Counted from the first letter of the stretch, positions 1 through 8,334 are shown. The stretch is 38,854 nt of DNA from Minisyncoccia bacterium (GCA_044346845.1 JBIIYK010000003.1:1-38854), one strand, 5' to 3'. The notes: generated by a model not told the origin, from the sequence alone. Numbers and translations are program-made.

Positions 1-238
1 TAAAGTAATCAAGGAAGTGGCTGTACACGCTACAGATACTGGTTCTACCGAAGTACAGGTAGCTGTTTTGAGCAAGAGAATTGATGAATTAGCTCTACAT
101 TTAAAGAAAAATCCAAAGGATAATCACTCCCGCAGAGGCCTTTTAGGAATGGTAGCTGATCGCCGAACTCATTTGAAATACCTAGAAAAGAAAGCTCCAA
201 AGAGATACGCTTCTCTTGTTAAGAAATTAGGATTGTAA
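1..238 (+). CDS. rpsO: 30S ribosomal protein S15 (5' end truncated by window edge)
   Basis: Open frame runs from the window start ([21 protein letters not shown]...). S15 motifs DTGSxEVQVA and HLKxNxKDxHSRRGLLxMV are present. Confidence 0.97.
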   Translation, partial: KVIKEVAVHATDTGSTEVQVAVLSKRIDELALHLKKNPKDNHSRRGLLGMVADRRTHLKYLEKKAPKRYASLVKKLGL

Positions 239-243
239 TTCAG

Positions 244-275
244 AAGTCAGTCCCTCTCGGACTGATTTTTGTTTT
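244..275 (+). terminator. Rho-independent terminator after rpsO
   Basis: Stem TCAGTCC/GGACTGA with loop CTCTC, followed by TTTTTGTTTT. Confidence 0.75.
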
Positions 276-302
276 AATGATATAATACGTAAGCAGGTCG
301 AA

Positions 303-336
303 TCCCACTTCGCTAATATGAATTAGCTACGCGGGA
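303..336. repeat. REP-like imperfect palindrome
   Basis: TCCCACTTCGCTAAT-ATGA-ATTAGCTACGCGGGA: outer stem TCCC/GGGA, inner stem GCTAAT/ATTAGC, TTC/TAC internal loop. Confidence 0.5.
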
Positions 337-369
337 CAAGTTTTTAATAAAAGTTAATTATATTTTTAT

Positions 370-894
370 ATGTTAATAAAACACAAAGATCAAAGAGTAG
401 GTATTTTTATAGATACACAAAATTTATACCACTGCGCCAAAAATTTATATGGTGCCAAGGTTAATTTTGCTCAAGTAGTCAAAGACGCCTTAGCTGATCG
501 CTCTTTAATCAGAGCTATTGCTTATGTTATTACCACAGAGAGTGGTGATGAAAAAAGCTTTTTTGAAGCGCTGACAAAGGCCGGAATAGAAACCAAAACC
601 AAAGATTTACAAATTTTTGCTGGTGGTGCTAAAAAAGCAGACTGGGATGTGGGTCTAGCGGTAGATGCTATTAAAATGGCACCAAAGCTTGATACTGTGA
701 TCATTGTTTCCGGAGACGGGGACTTTGTACCACTTGTAGAATACCTAAAGATGAACGAGGGTTGTCAGGTTGAAGCTATTTGCTTCGGCAAGAGTTCATC
801 TGCCAAACTTATTGAAGCAGTTGATGGATTCATGGATTTAGATGTAAATTCAAGGAAATACCTCATTGGCCCAATAGGAGTTAGAAGAAACTAA
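370..894 (+). CDS. NYN domain (LabA/DUF88, PIN-fold) putative ribonuclease
   Basis: Motifs IFIDTQNLY, KKADWDVGLAVDAI and SGDGDFVPLV carry the acidic catalytic residues of the NYN family. Confidence 0.92.
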   Translation: MLIKHKDQRVGIFIDTQNLYHCAKNLYGAKVNFAQVVKDALADRSLIRAIAYVITTESGDEKSFFEALTKAGIETKTKDLQIFAGGAKKADWDVGLAVDAIKMAPKLDTVIIVSGDGDFVPLVEYLKMNEGCQVEAICFGKSSSAKLIEAVDGFMDLDVNSRKYLIGPIGVRRN

Positions 895-898
895 CCAA

Positions 899-945
899 CC
901 GCCCCGTCTATCAGAATAGACACCCCGCCTTAACTAAGGCGGGGA
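899..945. repeat. Double-hairpin REP-like element
   Basis: GTCTAT-CAGA-ATAGAC (906-921) followed directly by CCCCGCCTT-AACT-AAGGCGGGG (923-944). GC-rich island in an AT-rich intergenic region. Confidence 0.55.
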
Positions 946-958
946 AAGGGGAAGAGAG

Positions 959-990
959 AAAACACTACCAGAATATGGTGGTGTTTTTTC
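959..990 (+). terminator. Terminator after NYN gene (probably bidirectional)
   Basis: AAAACACTACCA-GAATA-TGGTGGTGTTTTTT. Confidence 0.7.
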
Positions 991-1005
991 TTGCTTAATT
1001 ATGTA

Positions 1006-1033
1006 TTGACAATGTAATGACATTGTATATACT
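1006..1033 (+). promoter_or_regulatory. Sigma70 promoter of the TA operon with overlapping palindromic operator
   Basis: TTGACA (1006-1011), 16 bp spacer, TATACT (1028-1033). Inverted repeat ACAATGT-AATG-ACATTGT (1009-1026) overlaps it, as expected for autorepression by a ribbon-helix-helix antitoxin. Confidence 0.75.
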
Positions 1034-1063
1034 TGAGATATATCAACTTAATTAAACAATAAC

Positions 1064-1333
1064 ATGAATACCACCCTTCAAATTAGAATAGATTCTAAAG
1101 ATAAAATTGAGGCTCAAAAAATACTCAAAAAAATGGGTATGGATTTATCTACAGGAATAAAAACTTTTATAAAACAGGTTACTATTGATAAAGCCCTGCC
1201 TTTCCAGCCAAGAACTGCAAACGGCTTTACCCCAGAATATGAAACTATGATGATAAAAGAGTCTAAATGGGCAGAGAAGCACGCTAAAAGATATTCTAGT
1301 GTGAAAGAGATGTTTAAAGACTTAAACAAATAA
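1064..1333 (+). CDS. dinJ: RelB/DinJ family antitoxin
   Basis: N-terminal RHH signature LQIRIDxxxKxEAxxILxxMGMDLSTGIKTFIKQV, then ALPF, and C-terminal YSSVKEMFKDL. Lies directly upstream of a RelE-like toxin. Confidence 0.88.
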   Translation: MNTTLQIRIDSKDKIEAQKILKKMGMDLSTGIKTFIKQVTIDKALPFQPRTANGFTPEYETMMIKESKWAEKHAKRYSSVKEMFKDLNK

Positions 1334-1336
1334 GTC

Positions 1337-1615
1337 ATGTTAAACTTTTACTTCTCAAGGAAATATAAGAAATCTTTTAAAAAACTGAAAAAGTCTGGTA
1401 ATTTTAATCAAGAGAAAGTTAAACAAGTAGTGTTTAGACTAGTAAATAATGGGTTGTTAGATCCAAGACACAAAGACCATCAATTAAACGGTATTTTCTC
1501 AGAACACCGAGAATGCCATATTGAAAATGACCTATTACTTATATATAAAATATCATCAGAAAAAAATTATCTGGAATTGACCGATATCGGCAGTCACTCC
1601 GATCTATTTGAGTAA
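1337..1615 (+). CDS. yafQ: YafQ/RelE family mRNA interferase toxin
   Basis: Motifs KDHQLNG, RECHIENDLLLIY and IGSHSDLF, typical of YafQ. Confidence 0.92.
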   Translation: MLNFYFSRKYKKSFKKLKKSGNFNQEKVKQVVFRLVNNGLLDPRHKDHQLNGIFSEHRECHIENDLLLIYKISSEKNYLELTDIGSHSDLFE

Positions 1616-1617
1616 CT

Positions 1618-1639
1618 AAAGTGAACCATGGTTCACTTT
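1618..1639. repeat. Perfect 22-bp palindrome
   Basis: AAAGTGAACCATGGTTCACTTT is its own reverse complement and starts 2 bp after the yafQ stop. Confidence 0.85.
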
Positions 1640-1712
1640 GAAATATATTTTCTTGCTTAATTTCCACATTTTGCTAGTCTTAAAAAGGAAAAAGGGGGAG
1701 CTATCCCCAATA

Positions 1713-1841
1713 GTGAAGAGCATTATAGCTCTGGCAGTGAAGATACAAGAAGCGGCTGAAAAACAAGCCGACCCGGCCAGGAAAGCCTCAATGACGAATG
1801 ACTTCTATACCTTAATGAGGATACGGTCCAAGTACTCATGA
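1713..1841 (+). CDS. Possible small protein (42 aa, GTG start) or ncRNA
   Basis: Promoter-like TTGCTT-16bp-TAGTCT with extended TG (1653-1680), purine-rich AAGGGGGAG upstream of the GTG, and its own terminator at 1857-1892. No recognisable homology. Confidence 0.3.
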   Translation: MKSIIALAVKIQEAAEKQADPARKASMTNDFYTLMRIRSKYS

Positions 1842-1856
1842 GGAGTAGGGGCAACT

Positions 1857-1892
1857 AGGCCGGGCGATATGAATCGCCCGGTCTGTTTTTTT
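1857..1892 (+). terminator. Strong Rho-independent terminator
   Basis: AGGCCGGGCGAT-ATGA-ATCGCCCGGTCT followed by GTTTTTTT. Confidence 0.85.
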
Positions 1893-1941
1893 AATCCCTG
1901 ATATGCTATTCTGAAATTAGGAGTTTTATTAGTTTATAAGT

Positions 1942-2003
1942 GATTTGCCCCCGGATACGCAGTTTGGAACTTTAAGTTCTAATCTGAAATTCGGTGACAA
2001 GTC
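1942..2003 (+). promoter_or_regulatory. Long imperfect hairpin in the pnp 5' leader
   Basis: GATTTGCCCCCGGAT...CAGTTTGGAACT-TTA-AGTTCTAATCTG...ATTCGGTGACAAGTC can pair over ~60 nt. It lies downstream of an extended -10 TGCTATTCT (1904-1912). Confidence 0.5.
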
Positions 2004-2087
2004 TAATTTTGAAATTATCAAGCCTTAATAAATAGTTCGCGATATGCGAATTAGCAAATTCGAAGCTTGGCAATTTCGCAAAATCAC

Positions 2088-4205
2088 ATGATTAAAAAAG
2101 AGTTTTCGATGGAGCTTAATGGTAAAAAATTAAGCGCTGAGTTTAGTGATTTAGTAGAGAACGCTCATGGGTCAGTGATATTACGTTATGGTAATACCAC
2201 TATTTTAGCCACAGCAGTTATTTCTAAAGAAGAAAAAGCAGCTGATTATCTACCGTTGACCGTAGATTACGAAGAAAAGTTTTATGCTTCTGGCCAAATC
2301 CTAGGCAGCCGTTTTATGAAGAGAGAAGGCAAGCCATCTGATGAAGCTATTCTTTCTGGCCGAGTGGTGGACAGAACTATCCGTCCGCTTTTTGACCAAT
2401 GGATTAGAAAAGATATTCAGGTAGTAATCACCATTCTTTCCATCGAGGAAGATGATCCAGATGTATTGGGAGTAGTAGCCGCATCACTCGCGCTTGGTGT
2501 TTCTAAAATTCCTTTCCATGGACCAGTCTCAGCAGTTAGAATTGGTAAACATAAAACTGACGGTTTTGAAATAAACCCAACATACACCGAGAGAGAAAAT
2601 GAAAACTATGAAATTGATTTAATTGCTTGTGGTAACAATGGAAATATAAATATGATTGAGCTTGGTGGAGATGAGGCTCAAGAAGATGTGATTGTAGAAG
2701 GAATCAAAAAAGCATCTGAGGAAATAGAAAAAATAAACGCTTGGCAGAAAAGTGTGATTGCTGAAATTGGAGCAGAAAAAATATCAATACCAGCTCCAGT
2801 TATGCCAGAAGAAGTGAAGGCACTTTTTGAAACAGAACTTGAACCAAAACTAGAGAGCTATGTTATGAGTGGTATTCCTGGGGGCTCAAAAATAGGGGAG
2901 ATTATGGATATCTGGATGACACTAGCGGCTGAAAAACTACCGAGTATAAAATCTTCTTTTGCTGAACATTTATTTGAAGAGAAGGTTGATGCTATGATTC
3001 ATGAGCAAGTTCTTAAGAACAATAAAAGAGCAGACGGACGAGGAATAGACGAAGTGAGACCACTTTTTGCGCAAGCTGGCGGAATATCACCAATATTACA
3101 CGGATCAGGAATCTTTTACCGCGGTGGTACCCATATTCTGACCGCCTTAACCTTGGGTGGACCAGCCGATGCTCAGATTATTAATGGAATGGAAGAGAGT
3201 ACTGATGGAAAGAGATTTATGCATCACTACAATTTTCCACCATACTCAACTGGTGAAACTGGTAAAATGGGTGGAACAAACAGAAGAATGATTGGCCACG
3301 GCGCCTTAGCAGAAAAAGCTTTGGAGCCAATGATTCCGAGCCAAGCTGTTTTCCCTTATACCGTCAGATTAGTTTCTGAAGCCATGTCCTCAAATGGATC
3401 AACTTCTATGGGTTCAGTTTGTGCCTCAACTATTGCTCTTATGGATGGTGGAGTACCAATCAAGGCCCCAGTAGCCGGTATTGCTTCTGGTCTTATGATG
3501 GATGAGAAAGGTAATTACAAAGTATTAACCGACATTCAAGGTCCGGAGGATCATTACGGAGACATGGATTTTAAAGTAGCGGGAACAAAGAATGGTGTAA
3601 CAGCTATTCAGATGGATGTAAAAGTAGCTGGTGTGCCAATAAAAGCTTTGGCGGAAGCTTTTGAAAAAGCTAAAATGGCTCGCCTAAAGATATTGGATGT
3701 TATTCTAGCAGCGATTCCAGAAGTAAGAAAAGATATCTCGCCAAATGCACCAAAAATATTAGTAATAAAAATTAAGCCTGACCAGATTGGTGGAGTGATT
3801 GGTAGCGGTGGAAAGGTAATAAAAGAAATAAAAGAAAAGACTGGTGCTGATATTGATATTGAAGATGATGGAACCGTTTATTGTACTGGTAAGGATGGTG
3901 CCGCTGAAAAAGCCAAGGCCATTATTGAAGCTATGACTCATGAATACAAAGCGGGGGAAAGATATGAAGGAGAAGTAGTTAAGATTGCTGACTTTGGGGC
4001 TTTTGTTAAAATAGGGGATGGTAACACAGAAGGTTTGGTACACGTTTCAGAAATCGCTACCTTTAGAGTAGAGAACGTCAGTGCAATTCTAAAAGTGGGA
4101 GATAAAGTACCAGTAGCAGTGAAAGGGGTGGATGAAAAAGGTAGACTAAGCCTTTCTATCAAACTCGCAGATCCAGCTTGGGCTAATAGAAAGATGGGGA
4201 AGTAA
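2088..4205 (+). CDS. pnp: Polyribonucleotide nucleotidyltransferase (PNPase)
   Basis: Two RNase PH domains (PLTVDYEEK, RVVDRTIRPLF, HYNFPPYSTGE, SNGSTSMGSVCA, GDMDFKVAGT), a KH domain (IGGVIGSGGKVIK) and an S1 domain. ATG at 2088 preferred over TTG at 2067. Confidence 0.98.
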   Translation: MIKKEFSMELNGKKLSAEFSDLVENAHGSVILRYGNTTILATAVISKEEKAADYLPLTVDYEEKFYASGQILGSRFMKREGKPSDEAILSGRVVDRTIRPLFDQWIRKDIQVVITILSIEEDDPDVLGVVAASLALGVSKIPFHGPVSAVRIGKHKTDGFEINPTYTERENENYEIDLIACGNNGNINMIELGGDEAQEDVIVEGIKKASEEIEKINAWQKSVIAEIGAEKISIPAPVMPEEVKALFETELEPKLESYVMSGIPGGSKIGEIMDIWMTLAAEKLPSIKSSFAEHLFEEKVDAMIHEQVLKNNKRADGRGIDEVRPLFAQAGGISPILHGSGIFYRGGTHILTALTLGGPADAQIINGMEESTDGKRFMHHYNFPPYSTGETGKMGGTNRRMIGHGALAEKALEPMIPSQAVFPYTVRLVSEAMSSNGSTSMGSVCASTIALMDGGVPIKAPVAGIASGLMMDEKGNYKVLTDIQGPEDHYGDMDFKVAGTKNGVTAIQMDVKVAGVPIKALAEAFEKAKMARLKILDVILAAIPEVRKDISPNAPKILVIKIKPDQIGGVIGSGGKVIKEIKEKTGADIDIEDDGTVYCTGKDGAAEKAKAIIEAMTHEYKAGERYEGEVVKIADFGAFVKIGDGNTEGLVHVSEIATFRVENVSAILKVGDKVPVAVKGVDEKGRLSLSIKLADPAWANRKMGK

Positions 4206-4226
4206 AGAGATAAAAATATAACGAAT

Positions 4227-4256
4227 AAAAAAACACCGATTTCTCGGTGTTTTTTT
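4227..4256. terminator. Bidirectional terminator after pnp
   Basis: AAAAAAACACCGA-TTTC-TCGGTGTTTTTTT. Confidence 0.85.
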
Positions 4257-4315
4257 ATGGTTTGTTTTTTGGTTTTGAAAAAGAAGAAAAGAGTATGTTA
4301 TAATAGAGATTGAAT

Positions 4316-5425
4316 ATGCCTCCACCAGAAAATAAAAATAATACTTCACCAAATGTCAGTCCTTTCCAAACTGGTATAGACCCAATTTTTAAAGGTAATC
4401 AAGGACAACAGACGAGCCCACCCAAAACTCCAGTAAGCGCCTTTAATGTACTTAACAATCAAAAATATACCCCAACAGAAACACCAGTAACTCACACCGC
4501 GCCGATAGTAGAAAATCCAACTGGACCAAAATCTATTGTTCGAACTTACAAAAGTGATTTGGAATCAGCTATCCAAACTAATCACCTTTCTTCAATAAAT
4601 ATTGCCATTGCGGAAAACCAAAAAATGCACCGAGTAATCCTACCAGAACAATCTGGAGTAGATTCAGAAGATAATGGTTCCGCCGGTAATCCTAAAAATA
4701 GAAAAATTTTAATACTAAGCGCTATATTAGTAATTTTTGGAATTATCGCCATTATCACCGTCTACTTATTAAGTGTTTCTACCACTCAACAAGCCATAAT
4801 TACCAGAGAGTTTCCCGCCTTAATTACGACTGAAGTTACGAACGAATCAAACCTGGAAACTATTTCTAAAAATATATTAATAGACACCTTGTCTGGAAAA
4901 ATAAACAGCACAAAAGTACCCCAGAATAATTTTTACGCCACTTTTATCACAACAGGGTCCACCACCGCAAAAAAATTAATAAGCTCCACAGAATTTATTA
5001 CTCTGACCAAGCTTGATGTGCCAAGTCTACTAAAAAGAACTCTTCTCCCTAACTATCTGCTTGGGGCCTATTCTTATGGTGTAAATTTCCCCTTTATTAT
5101 TTTCAAAACATCTTCCTTTGAAAATACCTACACGGGGATGCTTGATTGGGAAAAGAGCCTAGAAAAAGACCTCACAATTTTATTTAGATTACCGGGTTAT
5201 GATAATCCAAGAGGTATCGCCGAACAATTAACAGCTGTTAATTTTAAAAAATTTGAAGACGCAATTGTGAGCAATAAAGACGTTAGACTAATAAGGAGTG
5301 AGGCCGGAAAAATAATTCTGATATACGGAATAGTAGACAAAACTACCGTTATCATTACCACTAGTGATACTGCCTTTAAAGAGATAGTGAACCGTCTAAA
5401 TAAGGAGAAGGCAATACCAAGATAA
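4316..5425 (+). CDS. Hypothetical bitopic membrane protein
   Basis: Pro-rich disordered N-terminus, RTYKSD motif, one TM helix (ILILSAILVIFGIIAIITVYLL), and a C-terminal globular domain. Extended -10 TGTTATAAT at 4296-4304 supports ATG 4316. Confidence 0.8.
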   Translation: MPPPENKNNTSPNVSPFQTGIDPIFKGNQGQQTSPPKTPVSAFNVLNNQKYTPTETPVTHTAPIVENPTGPKSIVRTYKSDLESAIQTNHLSSINIAIAENQKMHRVILPEQSGVDSEDNGSAGNPKNRKILILSAILVIFGIIAIITVYLLSVSTTQQAIITREFPALITTEVTNESNLETISKNILIDTLSGKINSTKVPQNNFYATFITTGSTTAKKLISSTEFITLTKLDVPSLLKRTLLPNYLLGAYSYGVNFPFIIFKTSSFENTYTGMLDWEKSLEKDLTILFRLPGYDNPRGIAEQLTAVNFKKFEDAIVSNKDVRLIRSEAGKIILIYGIVDKTTVIITTSDTAFKEIVNRLNKEKAIPR

Positions 5426-5506
5426 ACACTAAGGACCTCTAAAGTTGGGCTCCTTATCCTTTTAACTTCTGTGTTGCTTATTTTGCTTTTATGCTATTAT
5501 TAAAGT

Positions 5507-5860
5507 ATGAAAAACTTAAAATACAAAAAAATATTGGAGGAAGAAAAAGCTAAGTTAATAAGTGAGCTAGAAAGCATTGGTCAGAAAAACACCAGCAGTC
5601 CAAATGGTTGGGAGGCCAAGGAAACAGATTTAGACTCTGACAGTGCTGATGAGAACGAAGTAGCTGATGAGATAGAGGATTACGAGGAAAATCAGGGCAT
5701 TTTAGATAAATTAGCTATTCAATTAACTATTGTAGAAGCAGCCTTAGGAAAGATAGAAGCCGGCACTTACGGCAAATGTAATATCTGTGGAGAAGAAATT
5801 CCAGAAGGTAGATTAGACGCTAACCCAGCCTCTTTGACTTGCCTAAAGCATACTAAATAA
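5507..5860 (+). CDS. TraR/DksA family zinc-finger protein
   Basis: Acidic coiled-coil tip (DSADENEVAD) and C-terminal ALGKIEAGTYGKCNICGEEIPEGRLDANPASLTCLKH (CxxC...CxxH). Confidence 0.9.
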   Translation: MKNLKYKKILEEEKAKLISELESIGQKNTSSPNGWEAKETDLDSDSADENEVADEIEDYEENQGILDKLAIQLTIVEAALGKIEAGTYGKCNICGEEIPEGRLDANPASLTCLKHTK

Positions 5861-7482
5861 TGGGTTTTGCTAAAACATACAGTGCGCAACCGTCCGTATT
5901 AGGGGCGAGGATTATTGATGTGGAAGTAGATATTTCTAAAGGCTTAAATGCTTTCACTGTAGTTGGCCTTGGTGATAAATCAGTGGAGGAAAGTAAAGAT
6001 AGGATGGCCTCCGCCATAAAAAACTCCGGCTTCAAATCACCCAAACAATCAAATCAAAAAGTGGTTATCTCTCTGGCACCGGCTGATTTAAAAAAGGAAG
6101 GACCAGTTTTTGACCTAGCAATGGCTATAGCATATTTAACCGCCAATGAAGAACTCTTTTTTAATCCTAAAGGAAAAATATTTTTAGGTGAACTCTCATT
6201 AGATGGAAACCTAAGAAGAATTAGCGGGGTCTTACCAGCTGTAGCTGAAGCTAAACGCAAAGGTTTCACTGAAATATATTTACCAAAGGACAACGCCAGA
6301 GAGGCTGCTTTAATCTCAGATATTTTAATCTACGGGGCTGAAACATTGGAAGAAGTTATAACTCACTTATCCTTGTCAGCCGAAAATAGTTCAAAGAAAA
6401 AATTTGAGGAAACAATAGACCCAGAATGTTTTGAAGCCAGTGAAACTTCAAACCGGTTTCACAAAAATTTAAAAAAGATTCCTTGTCAGCCCAGAACTAA
6501 AATAGAGCAACCAGATGAAGAAAATGAAATAGATTTTTCTGATGTGGTGGGTCAGGAGAGCGCTAAAAGGGGACTGGAAATTGCGGCCGCCGGTGGGCAC
6601 AATATTGCTATGTACGGGCCACCAGGAACTGGAAAAACTATGTTAGCCAAAGCTTTCTCTGGTATTTTGCCACCACTCTCTTTTGAAGAAATTATAGAAA
6701 TCACTGGTATCCATTCTGTAGCTGGTACCCTACGGGGTGACTTAGTCAGTGTTCCCCCTATCAGAGCGCCACATCACACCGCTTCTTATGTTTCACTCGT
6801 TGGTGGCGGAACTATACCAAAACCAGGTGAAGTTACACTGGCACACAGAGGGGTTTTATTTTTAGATGAATTCCCAGAGTTTGATAAAAAAGTTTTAGAA
6901 ACACTACGCCAACCTTTAGAGGAAAGAGAAATAAGTATTTCACGCGCTCGTGGCTCTATCACCTTTCCAGCCAATTTTATTCTAATTGCGGCCATGAATC
7001 CTTGTCCTTGTGGAAATTATGGTTCTAAAAATAAAGAGTGTATTTGCCGAGCGATAGATTTGCTCAAGTATCAAAGAAAAATATCCGGTCCTATTATGGA
7101 TAGAATAGATATGTGGGTGGAAGTTTCACAAATAAATCACGCTGATCTGTCTGGTAGAAAAAGTGACAACCAAATTAAAAATAATCCAAAAATACGGGCC
7201 AGAATTTCCACAGCAAGAACTAGGCAAGCAGAAAGATTTCTTAAATTAAAAAAGAAAATAAAAACCAATAGCGAAATGAATTCTAAAGATATTTCTAATT
7301 TAATTGATTTATCTAAAGAAGTAAAAGAAGTGCTGGACAAAAGTGCAGTAAAACTTGCCCTCTCAGCCAGAGCCTATCACCGAGTTATCAAACTAGCACG
7401 CACCATAGCTGACCTAGAGAACAAAAAAGAAATAGAATTGCCACATATTTTAGAAGCGCTTCAATACCGCCCTAAAAATTAA
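5860..7482 (+). CDS. comM: ComM/YifB Mg-chelatase-like AAA+ ATPase (competence helicase)
   Basis: Lon-like N domain (VGLGDKSVEESKDR, LAPADLKKEGPVFDL, GELSLDG), Walker A GPPGTGKT, RAPHHTAS, Walker B LFLDEFPEF, AAMNPCPCG and ARTIADL. Start overlaps the upstream stop (TAATG). Confidence 0.95.
   Translation: MGFAKTYSAQPSVLGARIIDVEVDISKGLNAFTVVGLGDKSVEESKDRMASAIKNSGFKSPKQSNQKVVISLAPADLKKEGPVFDLAMAIAYLTANEELFFNPKGKIFLGELSLDGNLRRISGVLPAVAEAKRKGFTEIYLPKDNAREAALISDILIYGAETLEEVITHLSLSAENSSKKKFEETIDPECFEASETSNRFHKNLKKIPCQPRTKIEQPDEENEIDFSDVVGQESAKRGLEIAAAGGHNIAMYGPPGTGKTMLAKAFSGILPPLSFEEIIEITGIHSVAGTLRGDLVSVPPIRAPHHTASYVSLVGGGTIPKPGEVTLAHRGVLFLDEFPEFDKKVLETLRQPLEEREISISRARGSITFPANFILIAAMNPCPCGNYGSKNKECICRAIDLLKYQRKISGPIMDRIDMWVEVSQINHADLSGRKSDNQIKNNPKIRARISTARTRQAERFLKLKKKIKTNSEMNSKDISNLIDLSKEVKEVLDKSAVKLALSARAYHRVIKLARTIADLENKKEIELPHILEALQYRPKN
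6370..6491. repeat. Palindromic insertion inside comM flanked by 12-bp direct repeats
   Basis: TCCTTGTCAGCC at 6370-6381 and 6480-6491. Between them AAATTTGAGGAAAC (6400-6413) imperfectly complements GTTTCACAAAAATTT (6456-6470), with an inner TTTGAAG/CTTCAAA stem. Confidence 0.55.
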
Positions 7483-7497
7483 ATAACAAAATAGAAA

Positions 7498-8334
7498 CTA
7501 CCTGATTGCTTCCTTCTTCCTTTTTAAATCATTAATCTGTTTCTTTTTTTCTGCTTCCTCCTGCTCTAATTTAGTAAGATCCCGAGCCATATCTTCAGCT
7601 TGACTGGCAAGCTGATCGGCAGCTCTTTTTTTAAGAAATAAGTCCTGTTCCTCTTTTTTTATTTCTCGTTCTTTAGACTCTGTATCTTTTGAAATACGTA
7701 ATCCAGCACCAGAGACCTGTTTAGTACTCATCTCTATATTTTTAGAGGCTAAGGTTAATCTATTCTTTTCAGACTCCTTACGCTTAACCGCTTCTTGGTC
7801 TTCCTCAACTTCCTTTTCTAGAGCCTTGGTCTCAGTCAGCATCTTAGCAAGTTCTTCCTTGAGCTTATCAGTCTTTTTTGTCAGATCATCAAGAGCCGAC
7901 TTATCTTTATCACGTTCTGCCTCGAGCGTAGCCTTATCTTTTTCAACCGTCGTAATCTGCAATCTAGTCTTCTCTAAATCCGACTCAACGGCATTAGTCC
8001 GAGTATCGTGAGTAGCAACTTCAGCCTTAAGATAACCCAGACCTCCCTCATTTTCTTTAATTTGTTTCTCCAACAGAAAAATCGCCGTCTTGGCTTCTTC
8101 AGCTTTTCTCTTGGCACCTAAAAGTAGATTCTTTTTAGTTTGTAATCCACCAGTAAAACGAATAAGTTCCCTCTCTAAATTATCTATCTGCAATTGTAGC
8201 TTCCTCCTCTCTGTCTCAGCCTGATCTTTTTTTATTTTCTCTTGGTCTATCCTAGCTTCTTCAGCTAGCTTTTTTTTATTAAAAGGATCTACATCACCAG
8301 TTTTTACTCTTGAATTGCTTGAGTTATATAACAT
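7498..8334 (-). CDS. Hypothetical long coiled-coil protein
   Basis: K/E/Q-rich heptad pattern over nearly the whole length, no TM or ATPase motif. ATG at 8334 lies 6 nt downstream of TGTTATAAT on the minus strand. Confidence 0.8.
   Translation of the reverse strand: MLYNSSNSRVKTGDVDPFNKKKLAEEARIDQEKIKKDQAETERRKLQLQIDNLERELIRFTGGLQTKKNLLLGAKRKAEEAKTAIFLLEKQIKENEGGLGYLKAEVATHDTRTNAVESDLEKTRLQITTVEKDKATLEAERDKDKSALDDLTKKTDKLKEELAKMLTETKALEKEVEEDQEAVKRKESEKNRLTLASKNIEMSTKQVSGAGLRISKDTESKEREIKKEEQDLFLKKRAADQLASQAEDMARDLTKLEQEEAEKKKQINDLKRKKEAIR

Noticed and set aside
292-312. GGTCGAATCCC resembling a tRNA T-arm
   Set aside because: It lacks the TTC of GTTCGA, and no acceptor, D or anticodon arms can be built. 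Better explained as the edge of a REP-like hairpin.
1638-1712. TTG start at 1638 for a 67-aa ORF
   Set aside because: It begins inside the 22-bp palindrome and upstream of the putative promoter. If the ORF is coding, the GTG at 1713 is more plausible.
1765-1795. GCCGACCCGGCCAGGAAAGCC resembling SRP RNA domain IV
   Set aside because: The conserved CAGG-GRAA-AGCAG arrangement and the long flanking helix are missing.
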